Shown piece after piece: positions 19,212 to 27,211 of a stretch of DNA of 36,127 bases. Each line of letters opens with the position of its first letter. The stretch's first letter is position 1. Below the pieces are notes generated by a model. It made no database searches. It was given only the letters and a program-made list of their open reading frames with translations, and had not been told where the DNA came from. Made by a program: the position numbers and the translations under genes. The DNA is from Thermoplasmata archaeon (GTDB lineage Archaea > Thermoplasmatota > Thermoplasmata > Lutacidiplasmatales > UBA184): NCBI GenBank assembly GCA_030040865.1, contig JASHSX010000013.1:1-36127 (forward strand), read 5' to 3'.

Positions 19212-19643
19212 CTACGCGCCGACTCCGATCTTGGGCTTCTCGCCCTCGGAACTCTCGGGCCCCTCGCGATCGAAGAACGAGAACGCGGCCAGGAACCCGA
19301 GCGTAACGGCCAGCACGATCGCGACGATCGACGAAAGCGGGAAGGAGGGAACCGAGTACGTCAACCCCTGCCCTACGAAGGGAATCGGGTTCTTCGGGCC
19401 CAGGAAGGCGAAGATGCCCCAGGTGATCCCGATGAAGATGACCGTGATGGCCGTGTCCCCCTTGCCGTACGGGTAGCTGTCGGGCAAACGGCCGTAGCGG
19501 GTCGCGAGATAGGCCAAGACGATGATCAGCGTAATCACGAGGGCGAAAACGAGGTAGACAGCGAGCGCGAGGTACAGCAAGGCGAAAAGGAAGAGCGCCA
19601 TCGCGTAGACGGGTACGTCCATCTCGACTCCGGGACCGCTCAC
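19212..19643 (-). CDS. Small integral membrane protein of unknown function (about 4 TM)
   Basis: 143-aa ORF with long hydrophobic stretches. AGGAG upstream of GTG 19643; an alternative start is the downstream ATG (MDVPVY). Confidence 0.8.
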   Translation of the reverse strand: MSGPGVEMDVPVYAMALFLFALLYLALAVYLVFALVITLIIVLAYLATRYGRLPDSYPYGKGDTAITVIFIGITWGIFAFLGPKNPIPFVGQGLTYSVPSFPLSSIVAIVLAVTLGFLAAFSFFDREGPESSEGEKPKIGVGA

Positions 19644-19809
19644 CTATGTCGCACTCCTTGATAAGACCGCACGGTCGGTTTCGGCGAGGTGCCCAAAGTC
19701 CGACCCGTGATTCGGAAATTTGTTCGGGCGGATGGGGGGACCGCCCACCGGGCCACTCCGAACGTTGTCGACACGCCGAATGGGCTGGCCTCCGGCCCCG
19801 CGCGAGGCG

Positions 19810-20664
19810 GTGACGACCGTTCCGCGTCGGGGTTCGAGGGCGGCCCCGTCCGCCGGTGGCACCGTTGTGATCGTCGGAGGCGCCGGAGCGATGGGCCGGT
19901 GGCTCGCCCGATTTTTCGAGCGACGGGGCCACTCGGTGAAGATCCTGGACCCCCGTCGAGATTCCTCCGGTCGTGCCCGAGTCCCGACGATCGAGATCGG
20001 AGCACGATCCGCCGAGGTGGTGGTGTTTGCCACCCCGATCGCTGAGACGGCTCCGCTTCTCGCGAAACTCGTCGCTACGGGAACCGACGCGCTGGTCTTC
20101 GACGTCCTGAGCCTGAAGAGCCCCATCCTTCCCGCGGTCCGTCGTGCCGCTGCTGCGGGGCTCAAGATCACGAGCGTTCACCCGATGTTCGGTCCGACGG
20201 TCCGACGCCTTCGCGGTCGGAATCTGCTCGTTCTCTCCTGCGGCAACCCGAGCGCGGATCGGGCGGTGGGCCGACTCTTTCGGGGGTCTGGGCTCACGAT
20301 CTCCCGTTCGGCGATCGAGGGGCACGATCGGCTGATCGCCGAGACCCTCGGGCTCCCGCAGGTTCTGGACCTGCTGTTCCTCCTAGTGCTCGGATCCGGT
20401 CGAACCGCCCCGCCGCATCTCGCACGGGCGGCCGGCACGAGCTTTCGACGGCACGCCGCGTCCGCGCGAGCCCTCCTTCGACAGAGCGCAGCGTTGACGT
20501 TGCAACTTCAGGTGGGGAACCCGTACACCCACGCCTCGCTGCGCCGGATTCGGGCGAACGTCGACCGTCTGGCCCGCCTCCTCCGGGCGGAGGACCTAGA
20601 CGCCCTGGAGGTCGCGATCGATCGCGGATCTGACCGTTTGAGAGCGGTCCGCCCCCGCGATTAG
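19810..20664 (+). CDS. tyrA: Prephenate/arogenate dehydrogenase (divergent, Arg-rich)
   Basis: Rossmann motif VVIVGGAGAMGRW, FDVLSLKS, catalytic SVHPMFGP, HDRLIA. Start uncertain: GTG 19810, ATG 19779 region, or track start 19720. Confidence 0.85.
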   Translation: MTTVPRRGSRAAPSAGGTVVIVGGAGAMGRWLARFFERRGHSVKILDPRRDSSGRARVPTIEIGARSAEVVVFATPIAETAPLLAKLVATGTDALVFDVLSLKSPILPAVRRAAAAGLKITSVHPMFGPTVRRLRGRNLLVLSCGNPSADRAVGRLFRGSGLTISRSAIEGHDRLIAETLGLPQVLDLLFLLVLGSGRTAPPHLARAAGTSFRRHAASARALLRQSAALTLQLQVGNPYTHASLRRIRANVDRLARLLRAEDLDALEVAIDRGSDRLRAVRPRD

Positions 20665-22182
20665 CGCAGGCCCTTCGCCGAGCGCCGAATACCCAGGAGA
20701 CCGCGCGCCGCCTCCGGTGGGCCGGTACGGAGAATCCCGGACGGGAAGCGGTCGAACCCTCGACGACGCCCGATTGACGGCAACGGCCACGAAGAGTCGC
20801 GTCGCGCGAAGCTTCTCCACGGTGGCGCTGAGGCGCTCGAGCGGGACGTCAAAGCGGAGCGACCGGCCGTCGCGGGTGGATCTTCCGAGCTCCCCGAGGA
20901 GGCCGTCCCACGCCGGCCGGGGTCCCCGGGGGCCCTCGCGAAGGATCGCGACAACTCGGGCTCGCCCGGCGGCGGGCACGGTGAGACGGGAACGTGCACG
21001 GCGGAGGACGGCAGGATCCGACGGACCGCTCCGTCGTATCCGCGTACCCCCACGGCGCCCGACCGGGATGTCGATACCGATCACGCGAACCCGGAGTCCG
21101 GGGGGAATAAGTCGAAGGGCTTCTCGGGAGACCAGCGGACACCCGCCCTCCGCCAGCCGTTCGAGGTCGTCGGCATCGATCTCTCGCACCACGGGACCCC
21201 CGGAACACAGATCGGGGTCGGCGAAGAGGAGGCCCGGGACGTCCTTGACCAACGCCACTTCCTCAGCCCGGAGCAGTCGACCGAGGGCCACGGCCGTGAC
21301 GTCACTTCCCCCGCGCGGGAGGAGCGCCGGACCCCCCTGCCGATCGACGCCCACGAATCCCGGCAGGACGATTACCGACGCGTCCCCGGGCGTAAGGAGA
21401 GCGCGAACTCGGGGCCGGCTGCGGGCGAGATCCACCTCAGCGTTCCAAGGGCCCCCCCGGAGCACGAGCGGCCAGCCGGCGTCCTCCGGGACGACCAGCC
21501 GGGAGACGATCCCCCGCGCTCGAAGATGGGTGTCGAGGACCCGGGCCCCGAGTTCCTCGCCCCGCGCCAGAGTACGGAGCGACGCGGAGCTGGCTCCCGA
21601 CGACGGGATCGACGGCAGAAGTCCGAGGATATCGTCGGTCAGAGTCCCCGGGGCGCTCGCGACCGCGATCACGTTCCCGCGTCGGGCACACCGGGCGATG
21701 AGATCGACCGCCCGGGCCACACGGGCGGGGTCGCCGGCGATGCTTCCCCCGAATTTCAGGATCCGCGTCGGACGTCTCCGGCGGGACGGGGGGGACCGCG
21801 CTCGACGGAGCTGTGCTCCGATCCGTGGGACGATGCGAGGCACCGGCGGCTCGGGGCTAGGTACCGAACGTTGGGCGCGTACGGACTCGTCGATAAGCCA
21901 ATCGGCAAGAACACTCGAACGCTCGCTCGTCACGCCGAGCGTCCCGAGAGCCTGTTGCCAGCGCTGGTGAACCTGGGCCTCGACCGGGCGGTTCCGGATC
22001 GGGAGTCCCACGCCCTTCTTGTAGCACCCGATCGACCGCGCGACCCGCAATCGTCGCTCGATGGCTCGCTGGAGGGCGCGATCGATCCTCGCGATCTGGA
22101 GTCGGAGCTCCGACAACTCGAAATCCGTCCCGTCCGACTCGACCGGGAAGCTGTCGCGGGAGGTCTGGTCCGCTCCGCTCAT
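20596..22182 (-). CDS. AroQ-type chorismate mutase domain fused to aspartokinase
   Basis: ATG 22182 (MSGADQ) after GGGGAAGG. CM: LSELRLQIARIDRAL..IERRLRVARSIGCYKKGVGLPIRN..VEAQV...ESVRAQ. AK: ILKFGGS, AVASAPGTLTDDIL, ARGEELGA, LPGFVG, PRGGSDVTAVALG, KDVPGLLFADP. One frame with no stop between the domains. Confidence 0.85.
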   Translation of the reverse strand: MSGADQTSRDSFPVESDGTDFELSELRLQIARIDRALQRAIERRLRVARSIGCYKKGVGLPIRNRPVEAQVHQRWQQALGTLGVTSERSSVLADWLIDESVRAQRSVPSPEPPVPRIVPRIGAQLRRARSPPSRRRRPTRILKFGGSIAGDPARVARAVDLIARCARRGNVIAVASAPGTLTDDILGLLPSIPSSGASSASLRTLARGEELGARVLDTHLRARGIVSRLVVPEDAGWPLVLRGGPWNAEVDLARSRPRVRALLTPGDASVIVLPGFVGVDRQGGPALLPRGGSDVTAVALGRLLRAEEVALVKDVPGLLFADPDLCSGGPVVREIDADDLERLAEGGCPLVSREALRLIPPGLRVRVIGIDIPVGRRGGTRIRRSGPSDPAVLRRARSRLTVPAAGRARVVAILREGPRGPRPAWDGLLGELGRSTRDGRSLRFDVPLERLSATVEKLRATRLFVAVAVNRASSRVRPLPVRDSPYRPTGGGARSPGYSALGEGPALIAGADRSQTVRSAIDRDLQGV

Positions 22183-22432
22183 CCTTCCCCCGAATGGGAG
22201 GCGGCCCGGAACCCACCCGGACCTTCCGATCCGGCGGGGGAGCGCGGGCCCTCGACTGTCGGAATTCGGCGGCGGCGAGCTTCGCAGTCCCTCCGACCGG
22301 CCGCACACGGGCCTTGCCCGATGAGTGGCTCCGAGCACGGAGCCGTCGGAGCTTCGCCACGGCGGGTCGGGGACGTTACTGGGCCAGCGCACCCGGCCGG
22401 CGCGCACTGTATTGGCGGGACATCACCGACCT

Positions 22433-22462
22433 TGCTATGGTCTAGCACGGCCCCTACTTTAA
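22433..22462 (-). promoter_or_regulatory. Candidate promoter and operator upstream of the CM-AK gene
   Basis: TTAAAGTA on the - strand (22462-22455), followed by the inverted repeat TGCTA-n5-TAGCA (22433-22447). Confidence 0.45.
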
Positions 22463-22553
22463 CTCGTCGGTCGCACGACCGAACGGGACGGCGACGCCCA
22501 TCGGGAGGCGGGCTCGCATGCGTGTGCTCCTCCCCGGCGGGCTCGGCGCAGAG

Positions 22554-23633
22554 TCATCTCGGCCCGTCCGGCCGGGCTCCCCCTCCGACGTCGCTTACGA
22601 ACGTCCGTGGATTCGAACCCACTTCCCCGAGCGAAGCGACGAGTGACGCGGCGACGTCCCGGGCCCGTTCCGCGCTGGAGAAGGCGAACACGGCTGGTCC
22701 GCTCCCGGACAAGCCGGCGCCCCACGCTCCCGCGCGCCGGGCCGCGCGGCAGGCCCGGGCGAAACCGGGCACCAGAGACGCCCGGTACGGTTCGGCGATC
22801 CGATCGGCGAGGCTCCGGCCCACCTGATCGAGATCACCGGTGAGCAGCCCGTGTACGAGGCTGCACGCTCGTCCGATGTTCTCGCTCGCATCCGCGAGGG
22901 GGACGGTCGCCGGGAGCACGGAGCGCGAGAGGCGGGTGCTGAGCGGTGTTTCGGGCACGGCGAGCACGACCTTGAGCCGCGCGGGGGGCACGATGCGCAG
23001 GACGACGAGCGGATCGACGGACTCCAGGAACGTGAATGCCCCGGCAAGACTCGCCACTACGTTGTCGTAGTGGGCGCTCCCCGCCGCTGCAAATTCTCCC
23101 CCCACGGCTGCGCATCTCAGGATCTCGCGAAGTACCGGGTCCGAGGTGAGCGGAAGCCCCAGGGCGATCGCCCCGACCAGGGCACCGCCCAGAGCCGAGG
23201 CACCGCTCGATCCGATCCCGCTCCCGCCGGGCCCTCCCTTCCGTATCCGCACGACGCCGGACGCGACGCGCCCGGCCCTGGCGAAGATCGCGGTGAGAGC
23301 GGCCGAGGCGGCATTCGCCCCCGGCGTCGTGGGGAGCGACGCGTCGCCTTCGACCTCGACCGAGAGCCCACCGTCCGTTCGGGGCTCGAACTCGATCCGG
23401 TCCTCGATCGCCGCGAGCGAAAGCCCGAATCGGTCGAAGCCGGGCCCGACATTGGCGATGCTGTACGGCACCCGAACTCGTATGGTCCCGGTATGGTCGC
23501 GAGACCGCCACAGTTCGGAGAGATCCGGAACGGCCCCTCCGAATACCGGGGGGACCGTTTCTCGCCCGAGCGGGAGCTCACGAACCGACGCGACGAGATC
23601 CCCGATCCGAGTCGCTGCCGCGTCCGAGCTCAT
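22554..23633 (-). CDS. thrB: Homoserine kinase (GHMP family) with a ~45-aa N-terminal extension
   Basis: ATG 23633 overlaps the hom stop (ATGA). VRVPYSIANVGPGFD, GSGIGSSGAS, HYDNVVAS, IAEPYRASLVPGF, LSGSGPAVF. Confidence 0.93.
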   Translation of the reverse strand: MSSDAAATRIGDLVASVRELPLGRETVPPVFGGAVPDLSELWRSRDHTGTIRVRVPYSIANVGPGFDRFGLSLAAIEDRIEFEPRTDGGLSVEVEGDASLPTTPGANAASAALTAIFARAGRVASGVVRIRKGGPGGSGIGSSGASALGGALVGAIALGLPLTSDPVLREILRCAAVGGEFAAAGSAHYDNVVASLAGAFTFLESVDPLVVLRIVPPARLKVVLAVPETPLSTRLSRSVLPATVPLADASENIGRACSLVHGLLTGDLDQVGRSLADRIAEPYRASLVPGFARACRAARRAGAWGAGLSGSGPAVFAFSSAERARDVAASLVASLGEVGSNPRTFVSDVGGGARPDGPR

Positions 23634-24835
23634 CGACGGAGACCCCGGGCCGTGTGCCCACCGATCCGTAGCGTAGCGATCCGCGACGGGGGTGCCACCG
23701 GGCCCGATCTTGGGATCGGTGTCTTCGCGGCGACGTCGGAGGGAGGGAGGTCCGCGGGACGGCGCCTCCACGACGCGCGCGCGCCACGCTCGAGCGACTC
23801 CAGTTCGGCCAGCAGTGCGGTCGCGACCTCGTCCGGACCGGCGCCCGGTCCTCGGAGCCAGAATGTTCCCGAGTACCGGGTCTCGACGCGGGCGAGACAC
23901 GTCGAACCCGGTACGTCCCACTCCCCTCCCTCGCGGATCCTGCGCAGACGGACTTCCGCCGCGCCCGGGAGGATCGTGGTGACGCTCGCGTAGCGTACGC
24001 GCCCCCGTTGCTCGGGCGGGACGCGTCGCGCGGTGTCCGCCGTGACCCGGTCGCACGGGATCGCCTCGGGAGCGAGCTCCGACCCGAAGAGCGCCTGATG
24101 GACGATGGCGGCCTTCAGGCTCGCATCGCGGCCGTCCAGGTCCCAGCTCGGATCGGCCTCGGCGATACCCAGACGCTGCGCCTTCCCGATGGCGTCCTCA
24201 AATCCGACGCCCCGCGCGAGCTCCTGCAGGACGAAGTTGGTCGTGCCGTTCAGGATCGCATCGACCCGAACCGGCGCCGCGGCCGCGAGCAGCGTCGGCG
24301 CGAGGGAGAGCAGCGGCACCGCTCCTCCGACCGTGGTGCCAAAGCGCACCGAGCGTTGGCGGCGTTGGGCCTCGTCGAGGATCGGAGCGTAGAACCGGGC
24401 GATGGGACTCTTGTTCGCCGTGACCACGTCGGCGCCCACGGCGAGCGCCCGGAGGATGTGCTCGGTCCCCGGCTCCCCCGAGACGACTGCTCCGCGGGTG
24501 AGCTCCAGGACCACATCGGGACGTACGCGCTCGAGCACCTCGCCGACCGTGCCGCGCACCGGGCCGCGATTCCCCAGTCGTCCCTCGCGGTCCTTCTCGC
24601 CGAGGGCCGCGACGAGGTCGATGCCGTTCGGGTCGGTCCACGCTCCGCTGGTATCGAGCGCGGCCACCACGCGCCAGCGTCGAGAGCCGCTCCAGCCGTT
24701 CTGTTGTTCGAGTCGTCGGGCGAGAGCGCGCCCCACCCGCCCGAATCCCACAATCGCCAGATCTCGGGCGCGGAGAGGCTCGCGGTCGCTCTCGGAGGGT
24801 GTGGGTGCGATCGCGGGAACGGGGGTGGCGCTCAT
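23630..24835 (-). CDS. hom: Homoserine dehydrogenase
   Basis: ATG 24835 overlaps the upstream stop (TGATG). IVGFGRVG, VVTANKSPIA, TVGGAVPLL, ILNGTTNFVL, AEADPSWDLDGRD, GPGAG. Confidence 0.94.
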   Translation of the reverse strand: MSATPVPAIAPTPSESDREPLRARDLAIVGFGRVGRALARRLEQQNGWSGSRRWRVVAALDTSGAWTDPNGIDLVAALGEKDREGRLGNRGPVRGTVGEVLERVRPDVVLELTRGAVVSGEPGTEHILRALAVGADVVTANKSPIARFYAPILDEAQRRQRSVRFGTTVGGAVPLLSLAPTLLAAAAPVRVDAILNGTTNFVLQELARGVGFEDAIGKAQRLGIAEADPSWDLDGRDASLKAAIVHQALFGSELAPEAIPCDRVTADTARRVPPEQRGRVRYASVTTILPGAAEVRLRRIREGGEWDVPGSTCLARVETRYSGTFWLRGPGAGPDEVATALLAELESLERGARASWRRRPADLPPSDVAAKTPIPRSGPVAPPSRIATLRIGGHTARGLRR

Positions 24836-25122
24836 CAGAACCCGGCTCCCCCGGCGACCGCGGGGATGAGGTCGATCCGCGAGTCTCGAGTCACCGGAGT
24901 CGCGGCCCCGCCGGCATACCGGATATCGACGCCATCGACGTAGACGGCAAGGACACCGCGGAGTTGATCGCCGTCGAACAGAAGCTGGCGGAACCGGGGC
25001 CCCCCCACGACGGAGATCTGGGTGAGGAACTCCCCCACGGTCCCTTCGAATTCCGCGAACCTCCGGAGGTCCACGCCGAGTGCCGCCTGACGAAGGACCG
25101 ACCCGAGCGTGACCGTCACCAT
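24835..25122 (-). CDS. MoaD/ThiS/SAMP-family ubiquitin-like (beta-grasp) protein, 95 aa, ending ...IPAVAGG-AGF
   Basis: ATG 25122 overlaps the thrC stop (ATGGTGA). EGTVGEFL, LAVYVDGVDIRYAGG.ATPV..DSRIDLIPAVAGG is the typical MoaD-like pattern. Confidence 0.9.
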   Translation of the reverse strand: MVTVTLGSVLRQAALGVDLRRFAEFEGTVGEFLTQISVVGGPRFRQLLFDGDQLRGVLAVYVDGVDIRYAGGAATPVTRDSRIDLIPAVAGGAGF

Positions 25123-26492
25123 GCCCGAGCCTCCCCCGGAGCGTCGTCCCGGCCGTTGAGCCATCGCGCAATCTCGTCCGCGTCGAAGCGCCGCGGATCC
25201 AACACGAGGGAGGGCAGCGACGACTCGGCCTCGATGCCGACGTCCGGGACCTTCCAGCCGGCCCCCGTCAAGAAAAGGACCACCCGATCCGACCGGGATA
25301 GGACCCCGGAGGCACGCAGCCGCCGGGCGGTCGCGATCACGGTCCCTCCCGCCGGTTCCACCCAGAGTCCCTCCCGGTGGCATGCGGCCCGAATCGCGTC
25401 CGTGACCTCGCCCGCACTCGGGGCGTCCGCCACCCCGCCGCTCCGTCGGATCGCGCGCAAGGCAGCCGGGCCCGACGCCGGGTCTCCGATCGCCAGGCTC
25501 TCCGCGATCGTGGTCGGGGTCTGCACGGGTTCAGTTCGGTCCGCACCGCGGTGGAAGGCGTCGACGATCGGGGTACAGCCCTCTGGCTGGGAGCCGATCA
25601 GCCGGAGCCCGCCGCCGGGCGACCGGTCCAACCATCCGAGGGAGGTGACCTGACGTTCGGCGCGCGCCGTGGCTGCGAGGAGAGCACCGGACCCGAGCGG
25701 GACGATCACCGCCTCCGGCGGAGTCCACGAGAGTTGCTCGAGCACCTCCAGCAGGACGGTCTTCGAGCCCTCGGCGTAGTAGGGGCGGAGGGTCACGTTG
25801 ACGAATCCGATCGGCAGCCGCTCGCCGACGAGGCTCGCGATCCGATTCGCGTCGTCGTAGGTCCCACGGACCTCCACGATCCGTGCCCCATACCGACGGG
25901 CCGGTGCGAGCTTCGCGGCCGGAAGACCGCGCGGTACGACGGTGAGGCACGGGGACCCGACGCGGGCGGCGGACCGTGCGGTCGCCGCCGCGAGGTTGCC
26001 GGTGGACGCACAACCGAACGCGGTGAAGCCCCGGCCGAGGCCAGTCGCCACGGCGACCGACGCCGGCCGATCCTTGAACGAACCGGACGGCAGCACCGAG
26101 TCGTCCTTGATCCAGAGGTCGTCGAGCCCCAGCAGCTCGCCGAGGCGACGGGCGCGGCGAAGCGGGCTTGACTCCACGGCAAGCCCCTCCTCGACGGCCC
26201 GGTCGATGGGCGGAAGCAGTTCCCGGAACCGCCAGAGGGTACGCGGCCGCCGACCGAGCAGCGCCACAGGATCGCTGCCGACGAGCGGTCCGAGGTCGTA
26301 GGCGACGTCGAGCGCCCCCAAACACTGGCCGCAGGCGGCCGCCACCTCGAGAGGCCCCGCAGCCCCGCACACCTCGCACGTCAGTCCCGAAGCGAGGCTC
26401 GTCGGGACCTCGGCCGTCGAAGAGGATCCGGGGTAGGTGAGGGGGGTCGGCGGTTCGGTGAGGCTCTCCGGCGGTCGGACGGGGGCGGTCAT
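25116..26492 (-). CDS. thrC: Threonine synthase family PLP enzyme with an N-terminal Zn ribbon
   Basis: ATG 26492 after GGAGG/AGGTG. CEVCG..CGQC, LWRFRELLP, PLP-lysine motif PSGSFKDR, CASTGNLAAA, YYAEGSKT, PLGSG, EGLWVEPAGG, LTGAGWK. Confidence 0.92.
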   Translation of the reverse strand: MTAPVRPPESLTEPPTPLTYPGSSSTAEVPTSLASGLTCEVCGAAGPLEVAAACGQCLGALDVAYDLGPLVGSDPVALLGRRPRTLWRFRELLPPIDRAVEEGLAVESSPLRRARRLGELLGLDDLWIKDDSVLPSGSFKDRPASVAVATGLGRGFTAFGCASTGNLAAATARSAARVGSPCLTVVPRGLPAAKLAPARRYGARIVEVRGTYDDANRIASLVGERLPIGFVNVTLRPYYAEGSKTVLLEVLEQLSWTPPEAVIVPLGSGALLAATARAERQVTSLGWLDRSPGGGLRLIGSQPEGCTPIVDAFHRGADRTEPVQTPTTIAESLAIGDPASGPAALRAIRRSGGVADAPSAGEVTDAIRAACHREGLWVEPAGGTVIATARRLRASGVLSRSDRVVLFLTGAGWKVPDVGIEAESSLPSLVLDPRRFDADEIARWLNGRDDAPGEARAW

Positions 26493-26523
26493 GGGGCACC
26501 TGAACCTCCTCGAGGAGACCGCG

Positions 26524-26560
26524 GCCATAATCGTGAGTGCACCAAAAATTCCTATAGGAC
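26524..26560. promoter_or_regulatory. AT-rich divergent promoter region between thrC and the HTH-CBS gene, containing the palindrome TCCTATAGGA
   Basis: GCCATAATC...CCAAAAATTCCTATAGGA in an 86-nt intergenic gap. Perfect 10-bp palindrome at 26550-26559. Confidence 0.55.
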
Positions 26561-26578
26561 TGGCTCGTCGGGTCGCGC

Positions 26579-27163
26579 ATGCCTTCCGATCCGCGAGTGT
26601 CCAGCTTTCCGGACCTCTCCGAGGTGCGGCGGCGACGGGTCCACGTGGGGCTCAGCCAGGGCGCTCTCGCCCAGGCGGCCGGCGTGAGCCAGTCGCTCGT
26701 CGCGAAGGTCGAGCGCGGCCGGGTCGAGCCGTCGTACCGGATCGTGCAGGCGCTCTTCCAGGCGCTGGAACGCCACGAGCGGCACGCGAAACCCGAGGTC
26801 TCGGTCCGGCACCTCATGTCGAGCAATCTCGTCACCGTCGCGCCGACCGCGCTCGTCGGGGAGGCCGCCCACCTCCTCCGGCGTCACTCGATCAGCCAGG
26901 TCCCGGTGCTCGAGCACGGGTTCAGCGTCGGCTCCCTCACCGACCGGGTGGTCGTGAGCTGCCTCGCCGACCCGTCCCTCGTGGACCGCCTTGCGAGCGT
27001 GCGGGTCCGTCAGGTGATGCAGGAGCCGTTCCCTCAGATCGACGAGTCGACGTCACGGTCGGTCGCCGTCGCCCTGCTGGGCCACGTACCGGCGGTGTTG
27101 GTGACGCGGGGCGGCCGGCTCGCCGGTATCCTCACCCAATCGGACCTGTTCAAGGAACTGTAG
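26579..27163 (+). CDS. XRE-type HTH plus CBS-pair predicted transcriptional regulator (COG3620-like)
   Basis: RRRRVHVGLSQGALAQAAGVSQSLVAKVERGRVEPSY (HTH). VRHLMS..., ISQVPVL..VGSLT and GILTQSDL (two CBS motifs). Confidence 0.93.
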   Translation: MPSDPRVSSFPDLSEVRRRRVHVGLSQGALAQAAGVSQSLVAKVERGRVEPSYRIVQALFQALERHERHAKPEVSVRHLMSSNLVTVAPTALVGEAAHLLRRHSISQVPVLEHGFSVGSLTDRVVVSCLADPSLVDRLASVRVRQVMQEPFPQIDESTSRSVAVALLGHVPAVLVTRGGRLAGILTQSDLFKEL

Positions 27164-27211
27164 ACGGCCCGGCGGAGCGGTACCGGTCCGGTCGTTCCGT
27201 CCGGGGCAGGA

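Noticed and set aside
22318-22350. CCGATGAG followed by a hairpin, resembling a hammerhead ribozyme core
   Set aside because: The core is CCGAUGA rather than CUGAUGA, and the required GAAA after stem II is missing.
22183-22440. Lysine riboswitch or SRP RNA upstream of the aspartokinase gene
   Set aside because: Neither the AGAGG..AGUA..GAAAGG..ACUGUC order of the lysine riboswitch nor the SRP helix-8 CAGG..GGAA..AGCA motif is present on the coding strand.
27164-27211. Possible hairpin terminator between the convergent HTH-CBS and thermopsin genes
   Set aside because: Imperfect GC-rich stem with no U-tract; cannot be told apart from background.
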